From: Prorocentrum cordatum
Lineage: Eukaryota
Assembly: GCA_963575745.1 (NCBI GenBank)
Contig: CAUYUJ010000009.1
Location: 1-64,000, forward strand
DNA length: 64,000 nt
Direction: 5' to 3'
The notes beneath the pieces are model-generated. The model was given only the letters and a program-made list of their open reading frames with translations. It was not told where the DNA came from and did not search any database. Below are positions 25,936 through 38,739 of the stretch, one piece after another. Numbering within the stretch: the first letter of the stretch is position 1; each line of letters opens with the position of its first letter. A program made the translations under genes and the position numbers.

Positions 25936-28321
25936 GAGGAGCGCTTTCTCTCCCTCCTCCTCCGCCTCGTCCGTCTCCCGCTCCCACCACAAGGAGGATG
26001 TACAAGGAGGCGGGAGGAAGGAGGAACAGGGGAGATATGCGGGGGCAGGCGGAAACACGCCTGAAAAACACGACTGTCGGCATGCTTCGCTAGAGTTGCT
26101 GTTTTGAGATGGGCTGGTGGGGATACGCGAAGCGTGAAGAATCCACTCTTCCTCTGCTCGCCCTCCTCCCTCCTATTTCTGATCCTCCCTCCTCCTCCCC
26201 CTCCTCTGCCTCCTCCTCCTCCTCCTCCTCGTGTCCTCCTCCTCCCTCCGTCCCCCTCCTGCCGACTATCCACTCGCTTTTCCCCCGCGCGCTCCTCAGC
26301 TCATGCCTGATTCTGCTTTGCAACCGAATCGCCCTCTCGCAAAAAAAAAAGGGACGCGGGGAACCACGGAGGGGGGGACGGAACGGGAGGAGGGGGAAAT
26401 GACAAACAGCAAGGAGGAGAAGGAGGAGGATGAGGGTTTTTGTTGTCTGCTGCGCGAGCTCGCAGTTAGCGCACGTGCCCAAGTACAATGAATGCGCGAG
26501 GACGTCGAGCTCGCGGCAAGCCGCCAGCGGCGCCAGACGCCCCGAAGAAGCCGTGACTGAAGCCGAATGCCACAGAGAGCGCAGACCCTGGGCGCAATGA
26601 CATTAGAGGAGGGTGGGACGCATCGAAACGACCAGAAAGGAAGTGGCGCACCGAGCCACCGCGCGCAGGCACCCGAACAATAGCTAAAAGCGCAAAGGCC
26701 GACGAACGCCAAAGCGAGCAACTTGCAAGGGTGGACCGTTGAACGAAAATTGGCAGGAGGACGGAAAAGGAACCAAAGGGAACCAATTATTAAAAAAAGG
26801 TTGAGTATATCGCCTCGTAACAACCTCCCATGAACGGCTACACAATCGGAGGGCCTCCAGCGCGCCAGCAGGGCCCCGGGCAGCGCGGGCCCCACAGGTG
26901 TGGTCGGGCTGCTCGACCGGGGGCCGACCGGACCCGGTGCGCCGTTAGATGTATAGAGGTAAGTAATCACAAATAGGTAGAAAGAGAGAAAGAGAGAGAG
27001 GGGGAGGAGGAGGAGGAGGAGGAGGAGGAGGAGAAGGAGGGGGAGGGAGAGGAGGAGGATGAGGAGGACGGAGGAGGAGGAGGAGGAGATGAGGTAGGGG
27101 AGGAGGAGGAGGGGAGGAAGGGAGGATGAGGCGTTTTTCTGCAGTAGGTAGTACTTTCGGTATTCGTTATATTGATTAGGATGTATGGAACGTCGGAGGA
27201 TGATTGATTTTATTATGTCTTCTTCTGAGGTATTTGAGGCGGTCGGATTACTATCTACGATTTATATCTCGTATTATGCCTTGTGGTTAGTGCCATTGTT
27301 TGTTCCCTTTGGGGGCGCCTTGGTGGCCTTCTGGGCAGGCTCGAGAGCATGCACCCTTGAGCCGTCCCTGGGCCCTCCGCTCTTGCGAGCACCTTGGGCG
27401 GACTCGGGCCCGTCTTGGGCAGCCTCGGGGCCCTCCTGGAAGCCCCTCTTGGAAGACCTTCTTGGAAGCCCCTCTTGGAAGACCTTCTTGGAAGACCTTC
27501 TTGGAAGCCCCTCTTGGCAGCCTCGGGGCCCTCATGAAAGCCCCTCTTGGGCCCGTCTTGGGCTGCCGCTTATAATAGACGAGCGCGTTCCACTACTCGG
27601 AAAGACACCACTCGCAAATGGCCTGGATCCCCCGCGGAGGATCTACGACAAATTAAATCAAAGCGGACACGTGCTTTTCAGACGTTTGCGAGTAGGCACT
27701 TTGCGAGTAGCGGAACGCGCTCGGTGATATAAGACAAGGACCTCATGCCATACTGAAGTCATCAGGCGATGCTTGCCTCTGCAACGGGGAAGACGGGTGC
27801 GCGGCTTGATCGGACTGGGACGGCAGGCCTTCAAGCGCATCGCAACCTCCGAGTGATCATCTTCTCCTCGCAATCCTCCGATGGCCATCCCAGAGTGTCC
27901 AAGAGCTTCCTCTGACAGCTAGCCCAAAAGAATGCCCCGGCAGCAAAAACATAAGAATCAGACCGCGAACGCTCGGAACGGAAAAGCACGAAAGGCCAGC
28001 CCATCCCAGTCGCCGCCATGAGCGATGATCACGCAAGCCCAGTGTGACCGGATGGATGTGCCCACGTATCTTACCAGCCTCGAACTTATACCTATCCCTA
28101 AGATTGACACGCCAAAAGGCGATGACAATCTTAGGGATGCGCCCTCAAAAAACTAAGGGAATCCCTAGGATTGGCATCGCGATGAGGAGATGCCCAGCGC
28201 AGGGATAGGGATATGTTCCAGGCTGGTAAGCATCTGAAAAATGAGCCCCTGCGACCCTGGAGCCGAGAGCTGCTGCAGGCCCGAAGCGCCAGCGCCGCGG
28301 ACGCGAAGCGCAACCCCTGCA

Positions 28322-28457
28322 CCTGGCCATCGCTCGGACGTCCATTCCCTGTGTTATTTTCGGTTTCGTGCGTGTTTTTTTAGTCGGATGACCCAGGATG
28401 CTCCTCAATAATCCCCGCCGAGCAAAAGTGCACACGTCCGAGCGATACCAAGGCACT
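28322..28457. mobile_element. ~135-bp MITE-like dispersed repeat (other copies at 1-100 and 60607-60740)
   Basis: 13-bp perfect inverted repeat ATCGCTCGGACGT/ACGTCCGAGCGAT; internal sequence shared by the three copies. Confidence 0.7.
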
Positions 28458-28513
28458 GCGGACTCAGGTCGTCCAGGGGTGTCCGCTGTGCCGGACGCAG
28501 GAGGCCGCGAGAA

Positions 28514-28669
28514 TTAAGTCGGGCCTGTCCCCCATACAGGGGGATTTTCGACGGAAAAAAAATACCTGGAAAATACTCCAAGATTGTAAAAAAAAATCGG
28601 AAAATCCTCCCAAGGCTACTTTTTACGATTTTTGAATATTCCTCCTGCAGAGGGACGGGCCCGACTTAA
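28514..28669. mobile_element. MITE-like element with TTAA-ended terminal inverted repeats
   Basis: TTAAGTCGGGCCTGTCCC ... GGGACGGGCCCGACTTAA (17/18 inverted match). Confidence 0.75.
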
Positions 28670-28990
28670 CGCGAGAGGAGGAAAGAACCGAGGGACGCCC
28701 CTCCGACAAGAGCGGACGACAGGGAACCATTTGGAGAGCAGGAAAACCACCCCCGAAATCCGCCGGCCCCCTTGTGGGGCCACCAGGCTGTAGGACCGTG
28801 ATTCGCAGTTTCCTGTACCAGTCGTAGGTTGTAGTTTCCAGTGTTACAGTTCTGCTTCTTGCTGGTTACTGTAACTAGTTGACTTCTTGCTGGTTACTGT
28901 AACTAGTTGATTGACCGCGCGAGGGGGGGGGAGGCCCAAACAAGATTTTTAGCGTCTCCTGGGCGCGTTGTCTGAATTGCTGGGGGGCTC

Positions 28991-29595
28991 GAAATCGACA
29001 CCCCTCACGCAGATCCGCGGGGTCAGGGTCCAAAAACACAGGGATTTGCCACATTTCTGAAAGTCGGTGCCACCCCTCACGCAGATCCGCGGGGTCAGGG
29101 TCCAAAAACACAAGGGATTTGCCACATTTCTGAAATTCGGTGCCACCCCTCACGCAGATCCGCGGGGTCAGGGTCCAAAAACACAGGGGATTTGCCACAT
29201 TTCTGAAATTCGGTGCCACCCCTCACGCAGATCCGCGGGGTCAGGGTCCAAAAACACAGGGGATTTGCTACATTTCTGAAATTCGGTGCCACCCCTCACG
29301 CAGATCCGCGGGGTCAGGGTCCAAAAACACAGGGGATTTGCCACATTTCTGAAATTCGGTGCCACCCCTCACGCAGATCCGCGGGGTCAGGGTCCAAAAA
29401 CACAAGGGATTTGCCACATTTCTGAAATTCGGTGCCACCCCTCACGCAGATCCGCGGGGTCAGGGTCCAAAAACACAGGGGATTTGCCACATTTCTGAAA
29501 TTCGGTGCCACCCCTCACGCAGATCCGCGGGGTCAGGGTCCAAAAACACAGGGGATTTGCCACATTTCTGAAATTCGAACCCATCACGCACATCC
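28991..29595. repeat. 73-bp tandem minisatellite, 8 near-identical copies
   Basis: Unit CCCCTCACGCAGATCCGCGGGGTCAGGGTCCAAAAACACAGGGGATTTGCCACATTTCTGAAATTCGGTGCCA recurs at 73-nt spacing. Confidence 0.95.
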
Positions 29596-30539
29596 ATCGC
29601 AAGGCGTGGTAACCCAAACTGCGAGAACTCCCTCGGCCCTTTCATCGCAAGGTGTGGTAACCAAGCCCTTAAACCATACACGTCTTACCAATCGCCAGGT
29701 GTGGTAACCCCTCTTGTGATCAGTTGGTTTTGCTGATTGCGACTCGGCTTCGCATGAAGTTTCGATACTGCTTCACGACAGCGCCAAGGCCTCATGACTT
29801 AGCTCTTCCATGGCCCATTCTCCGAGAGAGGGGGCCGGCGGCAGGGGGCGAAGCCCTTACGGATTAGACACCCCGCCGGGCAAAGCAGCTCAGCGAGCGC
29901 ACGCCAGCCAGGAATCGAGCAGGGCAGGGCCGTCCTCCTCCTCCTCCTCCTCCTCCTCCTCCTCCTCCTCCTCCTCCTCCTCCTCCTCCTCCTCCTCCTC
30001 CTCCTCCTACGCCGATTCGGGGGCCTCGCCGCCCGCGCACTCGCGATGCCGCTCGCGGAGGCCACGTCTTTCCGCGTCTTGGGCTGCAGCCAGTCCGCGG
30101 GGAGCGGGGGGGAGGGGGCCTCCCCTGGGCCAGGGCGTCGGGCTGCTCTGGAAGAGGAGCCGAAGGGCGCGGCAGTTTCACGCAGCGTCGGCGCGCGCCA
30201 AGGTCCTTGACGCCGTGTCGATCGTGCAACGTTGCACCGATCGCGGCCCCGATCGTTCAAGGCTGAATTCCGTGGGGCTCGGTGGCGCTACCGTGTCCCC
30301 TCGGTGCTTCCGCGTCGTTTTGCCATGCAGAGTTCAACCTTGAACGCCTGCGGCGGCGACGCCGGCGCGCCATCGCCGCATGAACCTACCGAAGCGAAGC
30401 ACCCTCCAGCGCGAGCCCCCCGCCCTTTGGGAAGAGACGACGGGTGGAGCGAAACGAACGCTCACAGTAAAAGCGCTCAGCATCGCGAGGCTGCCGTCCA
30501 CAAACAGCCAGCCCTGGATGATGCCTTCAGCGGGGACGC

Positions 30540-30735
30540 TTAAGTCGGGCCTGTCCCCCTACAGGGGGATTTTCGACGAAACATACAAAATACCCGAAAA
30601 GTAGTCAAACAATAGTCCAAACTAGTCTGGGGACTATCTTTGGAGTATTTTGTTTGACCTGTTGGGGGGCATTTTTGGGGGTATCTTTTTATTTTTCGTC
30701 GAAACTCTCCCTGTAGGGGGACACGCCCGACATAA
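30540..30735. mobile_element. Second copy of the same MITE family
   Basis: TTAAGTCGGGCCTGTCCCCCTACAGGGGGATTTTCGACGAAA ... TTTCGTCGAAACTCTCCCTGTAGGGGGACACGCCCGACATAA, ~45-bp imperfect TIR. Confidence 0.75.
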
Positions 30736-31201
30736 AGGGTACGCCCCAGGAAGCCCATGCTGCACGCTGCCCGTCGTGGCACGAGGGCGCACGCGGCTGC
30801 CCGAGGGTCGGCCGGCGCGGCAGGCGCTCGACGAGGGGCGCCCCCACAGCGCCCGCCCGAGGAGTGCGCTCGAAGGGCAAAACCATCGGTCCCCCTCCTC
30901 CTCCTCCTCCTCCTCCTCCTCCTCCTCCTCCTCCTCCTCCTCCTCCTCCTCCTCTTCTCCCTCCTCCTCCTCCTCCTCCTCCTCCTCCCTCCTCCACCTC
31001 CTCTCCCTACTCCTCCTCGTCCTCCATTTCCTCCTCATCCTTTTCCTCCTCCTCCTCATCACCATCCCATCATCCTCTCCCTCCTCCTCATCCTCATCCT
31101 CTCCTCATCCTCATCCTCCTCCTCCTCCTCATCCTCATCCTCATCCTCATCCTCATCATCCTCATCCTCATCCTCATCCTCATCCTCATCCTCATCCTCA
31201 G

Positions 31202-31288
<87 letters not shown>

Positions 31289-31377
31289 TTGCCGCATCCT
31301 CCTCCTTTTCCTCCTCCTCCTCCTCATCAGTATCAAAATCATCATCATCCTCCTCTTCCCCCTCCTCCTCCTCCTCG

Positions 31378-33308
31378 TTTTGGCACGCTGCAGGATGTTC
31401 ACACGGTGGTCTCGCGATGGGGAACTTCCCTCAGTGGAAGTGAGTCCTTGTATGGGGCCTATAGAGAGGGAGCTTGGAGGGAGGGTGTATCCCAACATCG
31501 TTGATGAGTCTTGGGTTTACACTGGTCCTCCTCCTCCTCCTCTTCCTCCTCCTTCTCCATTCCTTTCCTGATGGATACTTCCTACCTGTCGCACACCGAG
31601 GTCTGTCGGAAGTGTGGGCAGGCCGTTTCGCCGGAGACTCCCTTACCATTTATGGGCCTGAAGCTTATAAACTGACAACAGTTTAACAGATGGAGGGCGG
31701 GTCGCTTCCAAAATGTGGCTCTCACCTTGACGCGACGAACATTCGTCAAAAAATATTGCAGGAGCTTCACGAGGGCGGGTCGAATCCAAAATGTGGCTCT
31801 CGCCTTAGCGCCGCGTGCACTCGTCTTAAAATTGGCAGGATCACGGATTGAGGGCGGCCCGTTCTCAAAATGAGGCTCTGGCGTTTGCGCCGCGCACATT
31901 CGAGTTCAAACATTTGCAAAAGCGTCACAGATTGAGGGCGGGTCGTTCAAAATGTGGCTCTCGCTGTGGCGCCGCGCACACTCGTCCTTCGAAATTCGCA
32001 AGAACTTCCCGGATTGAGGGCGGGTTCTTTTCAAAATGTGGCTCTCACCTTAGTGCCACGCACATGCGTTATCAAAAATCCCAGGGGCTCGCGTATTATC
32101 ATGGTTTACCCTCCGGAAATTGTGTTTCCAGCGATTCATGATTGCAAGAGCGCAACAGTTACGTTGACTCGCAGTGTTAAGTCCCAGGAGTGGTTTTCTG
32201 GCACGATTCAGGATCGACAAGACGCAACAACCAGGTTGTCTCGTAGCGTTGAAGTCCTGCGAATGATATTCTGGCACGCATCAAAACTTTACACACGGTT
32301 GTCTCCCGACGGGGCAACCCCCCAGTGGAAGTGGATCTTGGTATGGGGCCTATAGAGAGGCAGCTTGGAAGGGCGCCTACGAGGGCGAATCCGAACATCA
32401 TTGATGAGTGTTGAGATTGCACTGGTACTCCTCCTCTTCCTCCTCCTCCTCCTCCTCCTCCTCCTCCTCCTCCTCCTCCTCCTCCTCCTCCCCCTCCTCC
32501 TCCTCCTCCTCTTCCTCCTCCTTTTCCTCCTCATCATCCTCCTCCTTTCCTCACCCTCCTCATCCTCCTCATCCCCTTCCTTCTCCTCCTCTTCCTCCTC
32601 GTTTTGGTACGCGTCCGGACTTTCACACGGTTGTCTCCCAACGGGGCACTTCCCTCAGAGGACATGACCCCTTGTATGGGGCCTATGAAGAGGCAGCTTG
32701 GAAAGAGGGTGTATCCCAACATCGTTGATGAGCTTTGAGTTTACACTGGTCCTCCTCCCCCTCCTTCTCCTCCTCCTCCTCCTGCTCCTGCTCCTCTTCC
32801 TCCTCCTCCTCTCCTCCTCCTCGCTCCTCCTCCTCTCCTGCTCCTACCTCCTCCTCCTCCTCCTCCTCCTCCTCCTCCTCCTCCTCCTCCTCCTCCTCCC
32901 CCCTCTCCTCATCTCCTCCCTCCTTCCCTCCCTCCCTCCCTCCCTCCCTCCCTCCCTCCCTCCCTCCCCTCCCTCCTTCCCCTCCCTCCCTATCCCCTAT
33001 CTCCCTCCCTCCCCGTCCTCCTCCCTCCCTCCCTCCCTCCCTCCCCTCCTCCTCCTCCTCCTCCTCCTCCTCCTCCTCCTCCTCCTCCTCCTCCTCCTCC
33101 TCTCTCCTCCTCCTCCTCCTCTCCTCCTCCTCCTCCTCCTCCTCCTCCTCCTCCTCCTCCTCCTCCTCCTCCTCCTCCTCCCTCCTCCTCCTCCTCCTCC
33201 TCCTCCTCCTCCCCTCCTCCTCCTCCTCCCCTCCTCCTCCTCCTCCTCCTCCTCCACCCTCCTCCTCCCTCCTCCTCCTCCTCCTCCTCCTCATCATCAT
33301 CAATCATC

Positions 33309-33366
<58 letters not shown>

Positions 33367-33387
33367 TCACACACCATCATCACCATC

Positions 33388-33424
<37 letters not shown>

Positions 33425-33469
33425 TCACATCATCATCATCATCATCATCATCATCAGCATCAGCATCAG

Positions 33470-33501
<32 letters not shown>

Positions 33502-33547
33502 ATCATCATCATCATCATCATCATCAGCATCATCATCATCATCATCC

Positions 33548-33583
<36 letters not shown>

Positions 33584-34390
33584 GCATCATCATCATCATC
33601 ATCCTCCTCCTTCTCCTCCTCCACCTCCTCCTCCTCGTCCTCCTCTTCCCCTCCTCCTCCTCCTCCTCCTCCTCCTCCTCCTCCATATCCTCGTTCCTTC
33701 CTATGCCTTAACAGTAACTTCTGTCGCACCCCGAGGCAAGCTGTTAGGGCGGACCGGGCGTTCCGCCTGAGACTTCATCACCAGTATGACCCTGATGTCT
33801 CAACATTGGCAACAGCTTCACAGATGGAGGGCGGCCCGTTCTCAAAATTAGGTTATGGCGTTAGCGCCGCGTACATTCGCTGTAAAGATGAAAGAACTTC
33901 ACAGATTGAGGACGGCCCGTTTTCAAAATGTGGCTCTCGCCTTAGCGCCACGTAGAGCCAGTGTGAAAAATCAACAGCTTCACGGATTGAGGGCAACTCC
34001 TTTTCAAAATGTGGTTCTCGCCTTCGTGCCGTGCACATTCGTTTGAAGGTTTGCAAGGGTTTCACGGGCTCCCATGATCAGCATACCACACATGGTGTTT
34101 TCGACGGGTTCAGGGTTATGAGGGCACAACAATTACATCGAATCGCGGTGTTGAAGTCCCAAGAATGGCGTTATGGCACGGCTCATCTTCGTCAAAACAG
34201 TCCAGTTGATCCGTGGTGTTGGACTCCCGAGGACAATGTTTTGACACGCTTCAGGGTGTTCAAACGGTTGCCTTCCAACGAGGCAGTTCCCTCTATGGAA
34301 GTGAACCCTTTTAGGGCCACGGAAGAGGGAGCTTGGAGGGAGGGATGATGACAACATCGTTGATGGCTCTTGGGTTTACACTGGTCGTCC
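31378..34390 (+). repeat. Dispersed ~150-bp (CCT)n-tailed repeat (4 copies) plus a duplicated block carrying ~60-85-bp subrepeats
   Basis: ...TATGGGGCCTATAGAGAGG..GCTTGGA...CAACATCGTTGATG...TTTACACTGGTCCTCCTC at ~31378, 32269, 32602 and (more diverged) 34240. GATTGAGGGCGG...CAAAATGTGGCTCTC subrepeats at 31690-32060 and 33820-34030. Confidence 0.75.
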
Positions 34391-34927
34391 TCCTCCTCCG
34401 CCTCCTCATCCTCGTCCTCATCCTCATCCTCATCCTCCTCGTCCTCCCCCGATTCCGACTCCGACTCCGACTCCGATTCCGACTCCGACTCCGACTCCTC
34501 CATATCCTCCTCACTAACTCACTCACTCACCCACCTCCACGGCGCACGCCGCGGTGCCCAGCACCTCCACAGCGCGGCCGCGCCGACGCGTCGCGCGGCG
34601 CCGCGCCCGCCTAACCGCAACAGAGTGGGCGACCAGGGACCCGCAGGAGAGGTGACGAGGATCCAAGGCCCTGGAGCATCTCCTTATCCTCCTCCTCCTC
34701 CTCCTCCTCCTCTTCCTCCCTCCTCCTCCTCCTCCTCCTCCTCCTCCTCCTCCTCCTCCTCCTCCTCTTCCTCCTCCTCCTCCTCCTCCTCCTCCTCCTC
34801 CTCCCCCTCCTCCCCTGTTCAGCCTTTCAGCCTTTGATTGCAGGATCCCACGTGGTGAGACCAGCAGCAGAGAGAGAGGGCGAAGCAGAAACGGGTGGGG
34901 GGGACAAGATTTGGGCAACACAGCATC

Positions 34928-35930
34928 TCAACCCCTCTGGATGGGGATGGTGGAAGGGTCTACCCCCCGCTTCAGGAGGGATAGACTAGTGGCAGCATCT
35001 CTGTTCGCTGGCCGGCCGAGGCACTCGCCGGCCAGCCTCAAGATTTTAGCTCTGCCAAACCCTCCACACGCCGCACAGTTGTACACCCGCAGATTCTGGA
35101 CGGATTCGATGCTTCCCCAGAGACGATGGGTCGAGTGCGCCTGACGAATTATCCTGGGTGTTCCCGCGCAACGCGCTAGGACTAGACCTGTGCAAGCCCG
35201 CGCACGGGAAAGACAAATCTTACACACAAAACCTTTTGCCACAGTGCTGGGCCTGGTGACCATTCGGGCTCGGCACTATGAGCAGCCCCTCAGGTTTGGC
35301 CCTGGGCATAGCTTTACAAGCCTGAACGTCAGGAAAACGCCTCACTGCACACTGTCCGAGCACCCTAGCAGTGAAGCGGGCGAGGGAAGCAGGCCGCACG
35401 GCCTGCCTGGCCCCCAGCTCCTGGGGGCGCCTCGAGTGCGGTAGCTCACTGGCGGCCTTCTTGGACAGGGAATACACAGCACGGTTGCCGCGCCACGCCC
35501 AGGCTGGACAGCCGAGCGCCGCCGCCTGAGCACTGCTCTTGTGAGCAGGGTCCTTGAATGACTCCACCGCGTCAGGTCCTCGGCCCGACAACAGCGCAAA
35601 AACCTCGTGCCAGAATTCCCCGAAGGACAAATCCGCGCAGTCCTGGAGACACCCTCGGGACCAAACAGAAATCAAAGCTTGACCATCTATTCCCACTTCT
35701 AACTGCTCAGGCCCTGCATGCCTGAGAATCATTAGAAGAGCATATAACTCAGTCCCATATATATATATATATCCTGCATGGGGCGAGGGAAAGGCCCAGA
35801 CGCACTGGCCAAATATCACCCACATCGTTCATCATGGCGACGGCCCGACCCGCTCTGCTGCGGCGCCGCAGTTGCGGTTCGAACACTGAACCATCGGAGC
35901 AAATCTTACCTGAAACGAAACCGTCAGGCG
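34928..35930 (-). pseudogene. LINE ORF2 RNase H domain and Cys/His C-terminal tail
   Basis: SDGS, ELYAL, IDGQ, KDPAH, RGN motifs, then CKIC and HSTH...CAACGGFG...C. Interrupted by a (TA)n run near 35758-35772. Confidence 0.82.
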
Positions 35931-36899
35931 GGGGAACAATCCACCTCCACCTGCCCAGCGTCTTGGGAACAGGGGTCCTGACCGTAGGGGGGGAAAGGAG
36001 GCAACGAGTGAGGAAGGGGCCACCAGGGCCCCCTTGTTCCCACTCAGGCAGCTCCTTCTTCAAAACCCTGGTCTCGGCGAAACAGCTGATTCCCAGGACA
36101 ACCAAAAATTCGATTAAACCTGCCCCCTTGCGGGAAACCACAAAGCTGGCCAGCCCCGCTCAGAACCCGACGATCCTGAAATAACTCTAACTGGGTGACC
36201 AATCCCCCAGGCACATGGGTAGCCAACAACGAGGCCTCCAGGGCCTCCCCTTTCTTCCTGAGCTCCTCGCAGACCTGGGCAATTGGCTCCAGCATGGGCC
36301 TGGCGTGGGCGACGCCGCCGCGCCCCCAACGCAGGTCGCCCCAGCAACTCTCCTTAGTTGCTATGTCCACGAGGCGCTTGGGATTATGACTCCTAAGCTT
36401 GCGGAGGTCCATCGGCAACTCAGCCGGCACAACCCACTTGGAGTAACTCACAGGACCCTACTTAATCCTCTGAAGCGCGCAGATAACAGCCCCCGTGGGA
36501 CCTCTAACACCCGACCAGGACAACCCAGGACACTTCTGAACGTACAACCTGAAGACCTGCCCCATCTGCTGCTTCGGAGCCCACGAGCCCCAAACCGCTT
36601 CGCCCCAGAACACCAGAGGTGCCGAAGTGCCGATATAAACTGGGTCAGCGGCCTCATTGCCTGAGAGAGCGAACTGAATAGTTCTCGCACGCCCTCGCGT
36701 TGGCCCAAAAATGCCTTCGGCGCCGATCTGAGGCACTGCAGGCGCCTGTCAGAAAAGGAAAAGAAGAAGAGGAAACAAGCAACACCACCACAAAAAAAAA
36801 AAACTGCCAGCGGAAGCGCACCCGAACGCGAGACCGACGTGAGCTTTTTGAACTGGGAGTTGAGCGAACGGTACCGACCTGCCCTCAATCTGACCCTGC

Positions 36900-37840
36900 A
36901 CGTCCGATTTTTCTGGGCACGAGCAGCCCGACCCCGAATCGAGCAATCACAACCGAGATTCCGAACCGAATGCTCCGATTTGAACCCGCACTGCTTATGC
37001 CCTGCGCAGATGCCAGCAGATAATTCAGCAGTAGAGGCCACCAATGTACCTGTACTTCTAGAAATAATAAGCTGTCTGGCCTCGAGGCCGTCGCAAAGTT
37101 CGCGCGCGGCCTTGACGGCCGAGCCCCTGGCTAACTTGGCAGTTGCTATCACCTGAACCGCGATGTCATCGACCACGTTAGAGAACCTGCACAGACAGTG
37201 CCCCCGAACCACATTATCTAGCTCCGAAAGAAGAAGGACCCTCAATGAGGCCGCTGCATGTCCGCATCCTGCCAAGATAGTTGCATATACCACTGAGGGC
37301 CCGGCAACGAGAAGGCCCATTAGTAGCACGCGCGGGCAAAAATAAACGACCAAGCACACACGCAGGCGGCACAAAGGGAAACTGCGCCGCCGAGCAGCCG
37401 CTCCGAGCTGAAGATGCTTCACCTTCTCGTAGGCTTTGGCAAGATCCACCAGCACGTTCGCCACCGGAGGGAGAAGAAACAAAAAAATGCGCCGTCGCAC
37501 GCTCCGCTACAAACGCTTGCCCCCAAACTGCTCTCTCACAAGACTCCCCTTTCGTCCCATAAGAATGACTCCTCTTATGCCCCCGCCCCCACGCGGCTGC
37601 TACGCGTCTAGCACATCTGCTCCACAACCGAACCGTCACACTGAGAAGCGCAATGAGCCTGTGACCCTCGTCATCTGGCTTCGGCAACGCTGGCTACAAG
37701 GCAAGAGAAATCTGCGACGGCACCACCCCGCCTCGGAGCATCCAGCCCCACAAAGCGTTCAGCGCCAGCAAACATTCGTCAGATAGCAGAAGAAAATCAC
37801 GAGGTCCAAGCCTGTCGACTCCACGCGCCGCCCAAGCTTT
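36900..37840 (-). pseudogene. LINE ORF2 reverse transcriptase domain
   Basis: PKPDDEGHRLIALLSVTVRLWSR, VDLAKAYEKV, ILAGC, NVVDDI (YxDD equivalent), VRNLG; split by frameshifts. Confidence 0.9.
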
Positions 37841-38739
37841 CATCTTCTTAACTACTTATCTGATATCTTCGGGGCTGAAGTCCATGACGGGGCTGGGGAA
37901 GCCCTTCAAAATGTCCCCCAGCTTCTGGAACACGCCTGCTGGATCTTCTAGGGGCCTGCTGCTAGAGCCACTAGAGTCCCATATGCGCCCCCATTCCTGG
38001 AGGTTTTGCTCTATGAGGTCTGCGGGCCCAGGCGGAGCTTGTCCTTGTCGGGGCACCACAGGGCGCCAACCTACAGGGGGCTTCGTGCACTGGTGAGCTC
38101 GGCCTGCTCCTGCCTGCACTGCCTCCTGGACAAAACCCCGCCACTGCTTAGCACGCGAGCTGGCAAACTGCGCCTCCAGCTTCTAAGCGCAGCCTCCAGC
38201 ACGCCCATGCAAATCATATAGAGCCCCAGCGTCGCACCAAGACAGATACCCTGCATCGAGATACCACATACTCTTCCACTCTTCAGTCCCACGCATCTCA
38301 GGGGCGCCGCGGAGTATCTTGGCGAACAGCGCCGCAGCTCCCACAGCATCCTTAACAGAGCCCTGGGCTCGAATTCTGGACAGCTCCCGGGCACAATTCC
38401 CCCACCTCTTCCAAGCCCTGCTGACTGGGCAGGCCGCAGGTTAAGGGCCAGAGGAGGGGGGAAGGGCAGGGATGGTTTTGAGCTTCCAGCCCCGCCCCCG
38501 TCCAATATATCGTTTTCGCTCAGCCTCGGGAATTCCATGCACTGCCAGAAGCTCATTCTCTAACAACCGGATAAAATTTCCGAAAACTGAATTCATCTGA
38601 CGCTGGTCTCCTCCTTCCCCCATACTCTGACGTACTCCGTTCCATTCCTCAGAAGGTGCAGGAAGTGGGCCATGTGGGCGCTCTCGAGGAAACTTGCGCG
38701 GTGCCTGCAGGACTGTGGGGGATCAGCTTGCCTCTGAGC

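Noticed and set aside
28991..29595. CRISPR-like periodic array
   Set aside because: Whole units are identical with no unique spacers, there are no cas genes, and the context is eukaryotic.
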